Part shown: positions 63,468 through 64,000 of the stretch, in pieces | Layout: each line of letters opens with the position of its first letter | Position numbering within the stretch: the first letter of the stretch is position 1 | Origin: Burkholderiales bacterium | Lineage (GTDB): Bacteria; Pseudomonadota; Gammaproteobacteria; Burkholderiales; SG8-41 | Assembly: GCA_035649495.1 (NCBI GenBank) | Contig: DASRJL010000211.1 | Coordinates: 7,713 to 71,712, forward strand | Direction of reading: 5' to 3' | DNA: 64,000 nt | Notes under the pieces: model-generated | Databases searched by the model: none | Seen by the model: the letters and a program-made list of their open reading frames with translations, nothing else | What the model was told of the DNA's origin: nothing | Made by a program: the position numbers and the translations under genes

Positions 63468-63496
63468 ATTATCCGCAGCGCTTAGGACGATGTCAA
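63468..63496 (-). promoter_or_regulatory. near-consensus sigma70 promoter for the liv cluster
   Basis: The minus strand reads TTGACA, a 17-nt spacer, then GATAAT. The -10 element is about 43 nt upstream of the ATG at 63425, and a GGGGGG SD-like run precedes the start. Confidence 0.55.
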
Positions 63497-63500
63497 TCCG

Positions 63501-63821
63501 CTACTTGAGCGAAAGTATCCAGGCGACGATCGTCTTGATGTCGGCGTCCTTGACGTGCGCATTGGGCGTCATGGGAATGTCGCCCCAAACGCCCTTGCCG
63601 CCCTCCTTCACCTTCTTCTCCAGGTTCGCGGCGGCGCCCTTGTCGTTGCGGTACTTGTTCGCGATGTCCTTGTAGCTCGGCCCGATCAGCTTCTTGTCCA
63701 CGGTATGGCAGGCGAGACAGCCGCTCGTCTTCGCGAGGTCTTCTGCGCCGGCCTGGGCGCGCGCTTCGAAGCCGTACGTGAGGACGGCCGCGGCGGCGAG
63801 CGCGACTGCGAGAAATTTCAT
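63501..63821 (-). CDS. class I monohaem cytochrome c (c551/c552-type)
   Basis: 106 aa with signal peptide, CLACH haem site, GPSYKDIANKY and a distal Met (IPMTP), similar to Pseudomonas c551-family proteins. Confidence 0.88.
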   Translation of the reverse strand: MKFLAVALAAAAVLTYGFEARAQAGAEDLAKTSGCLACHTVDKKLIGPSYKDIANKYRNDKGAAANLEKKVKEGGKGVWGDIPMTPNAHVKDADIKTIVAWILSLK

Positions 63822-63868
63822 TTTGCAGCTCCTTGATTAAGAATGAGGGGAATTCTACCGCAACGGGT

Positions 63869-64000
63869 TCAGGGTTCCTTCCCCGCGAGCACGCGGTCGA
63901 GGTCGACCGCGTCCCCTATCGGCGGCAAACAACTAACGCCCCGGCATACCCAGGCGTTGACAGCAGCGCCGTCCGTCGCGGCGGGCTTGTCCAGAACGGC
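63869..64000 (-). CDS. 3' end of a gene continuing beyond the window; C-terminus resembles thioredoxin-domain DUF255/YyaL proteins
   Basis: A 44-codon open frame runs to the window edge and ends ...NAWVCRGVSCLPPIGDAVDLDRVLAGKEP*. The VC..xxC.xP..D pattern is typical of the YyaL-family C-terminus. Only a fragment is visible. Confidence 0.4.
   Translation of the reverse strand, partial: AVLDKPAATDGAAVNAWVCRGVSCLPPIGDAVDLDRVLAGKEP

Overview
High-GC proteobacterial chromosome segment, almost entirely housekeeping genes. Gene order follows familiar beta/gamma-proteobacterial synteny blocks: glmS; tandem dsbA; SPOR-argS; priA; hemE-gltDB; dgt-aroBK-pilQPONM divergent from ponA; hemB; cytochrome c4; hemL-thiED; rubredoxin; gloA; ksgA-pdxA-surA-lptD divergent from amgK-murU; pepP-ubiH; dusB-fis-purHD; hemF; livKHMGF. 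Three Bug/TctC-type binding proteins suggest a Burkholderiales-like betaproteobacterium. I saw no rRNA, tRNA, CRISPR, transposase, integrase, phage or recognisable defence genes, so this looks like core genome rather than an island. Many 'ORFs' in the track are antisense or out-of-frame artefacts of high GC, or 5' over-extensions of real genes; I trimmed starts where homology made the true N-terminus clear. Four observations seem most worth a second look. (1) A sensor histidine kinase sits 14 nt upstream of a Hanks-type Ser/Thr kinase with two C-terminal receiver domains, packed directly behind the liv amino-acid ABC operon. (2) An unnamed family of low-GC tandem heptanucleotide arrays occurs at seven gene junctions between 32 and 61 kb. 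Several form palindromes, one pair brackets two Bug genes as a 20-nt inverted repeat, and three overlap start codons. (3) A G-rich REP-like hairpin element has compensatory stem changes between two copies. (4) A terminator-bounded small-RNA or leader candidate lies between hemB and cytochrome c4. All functional readings of these are hypotheses; no searches or folding calculations could be run.
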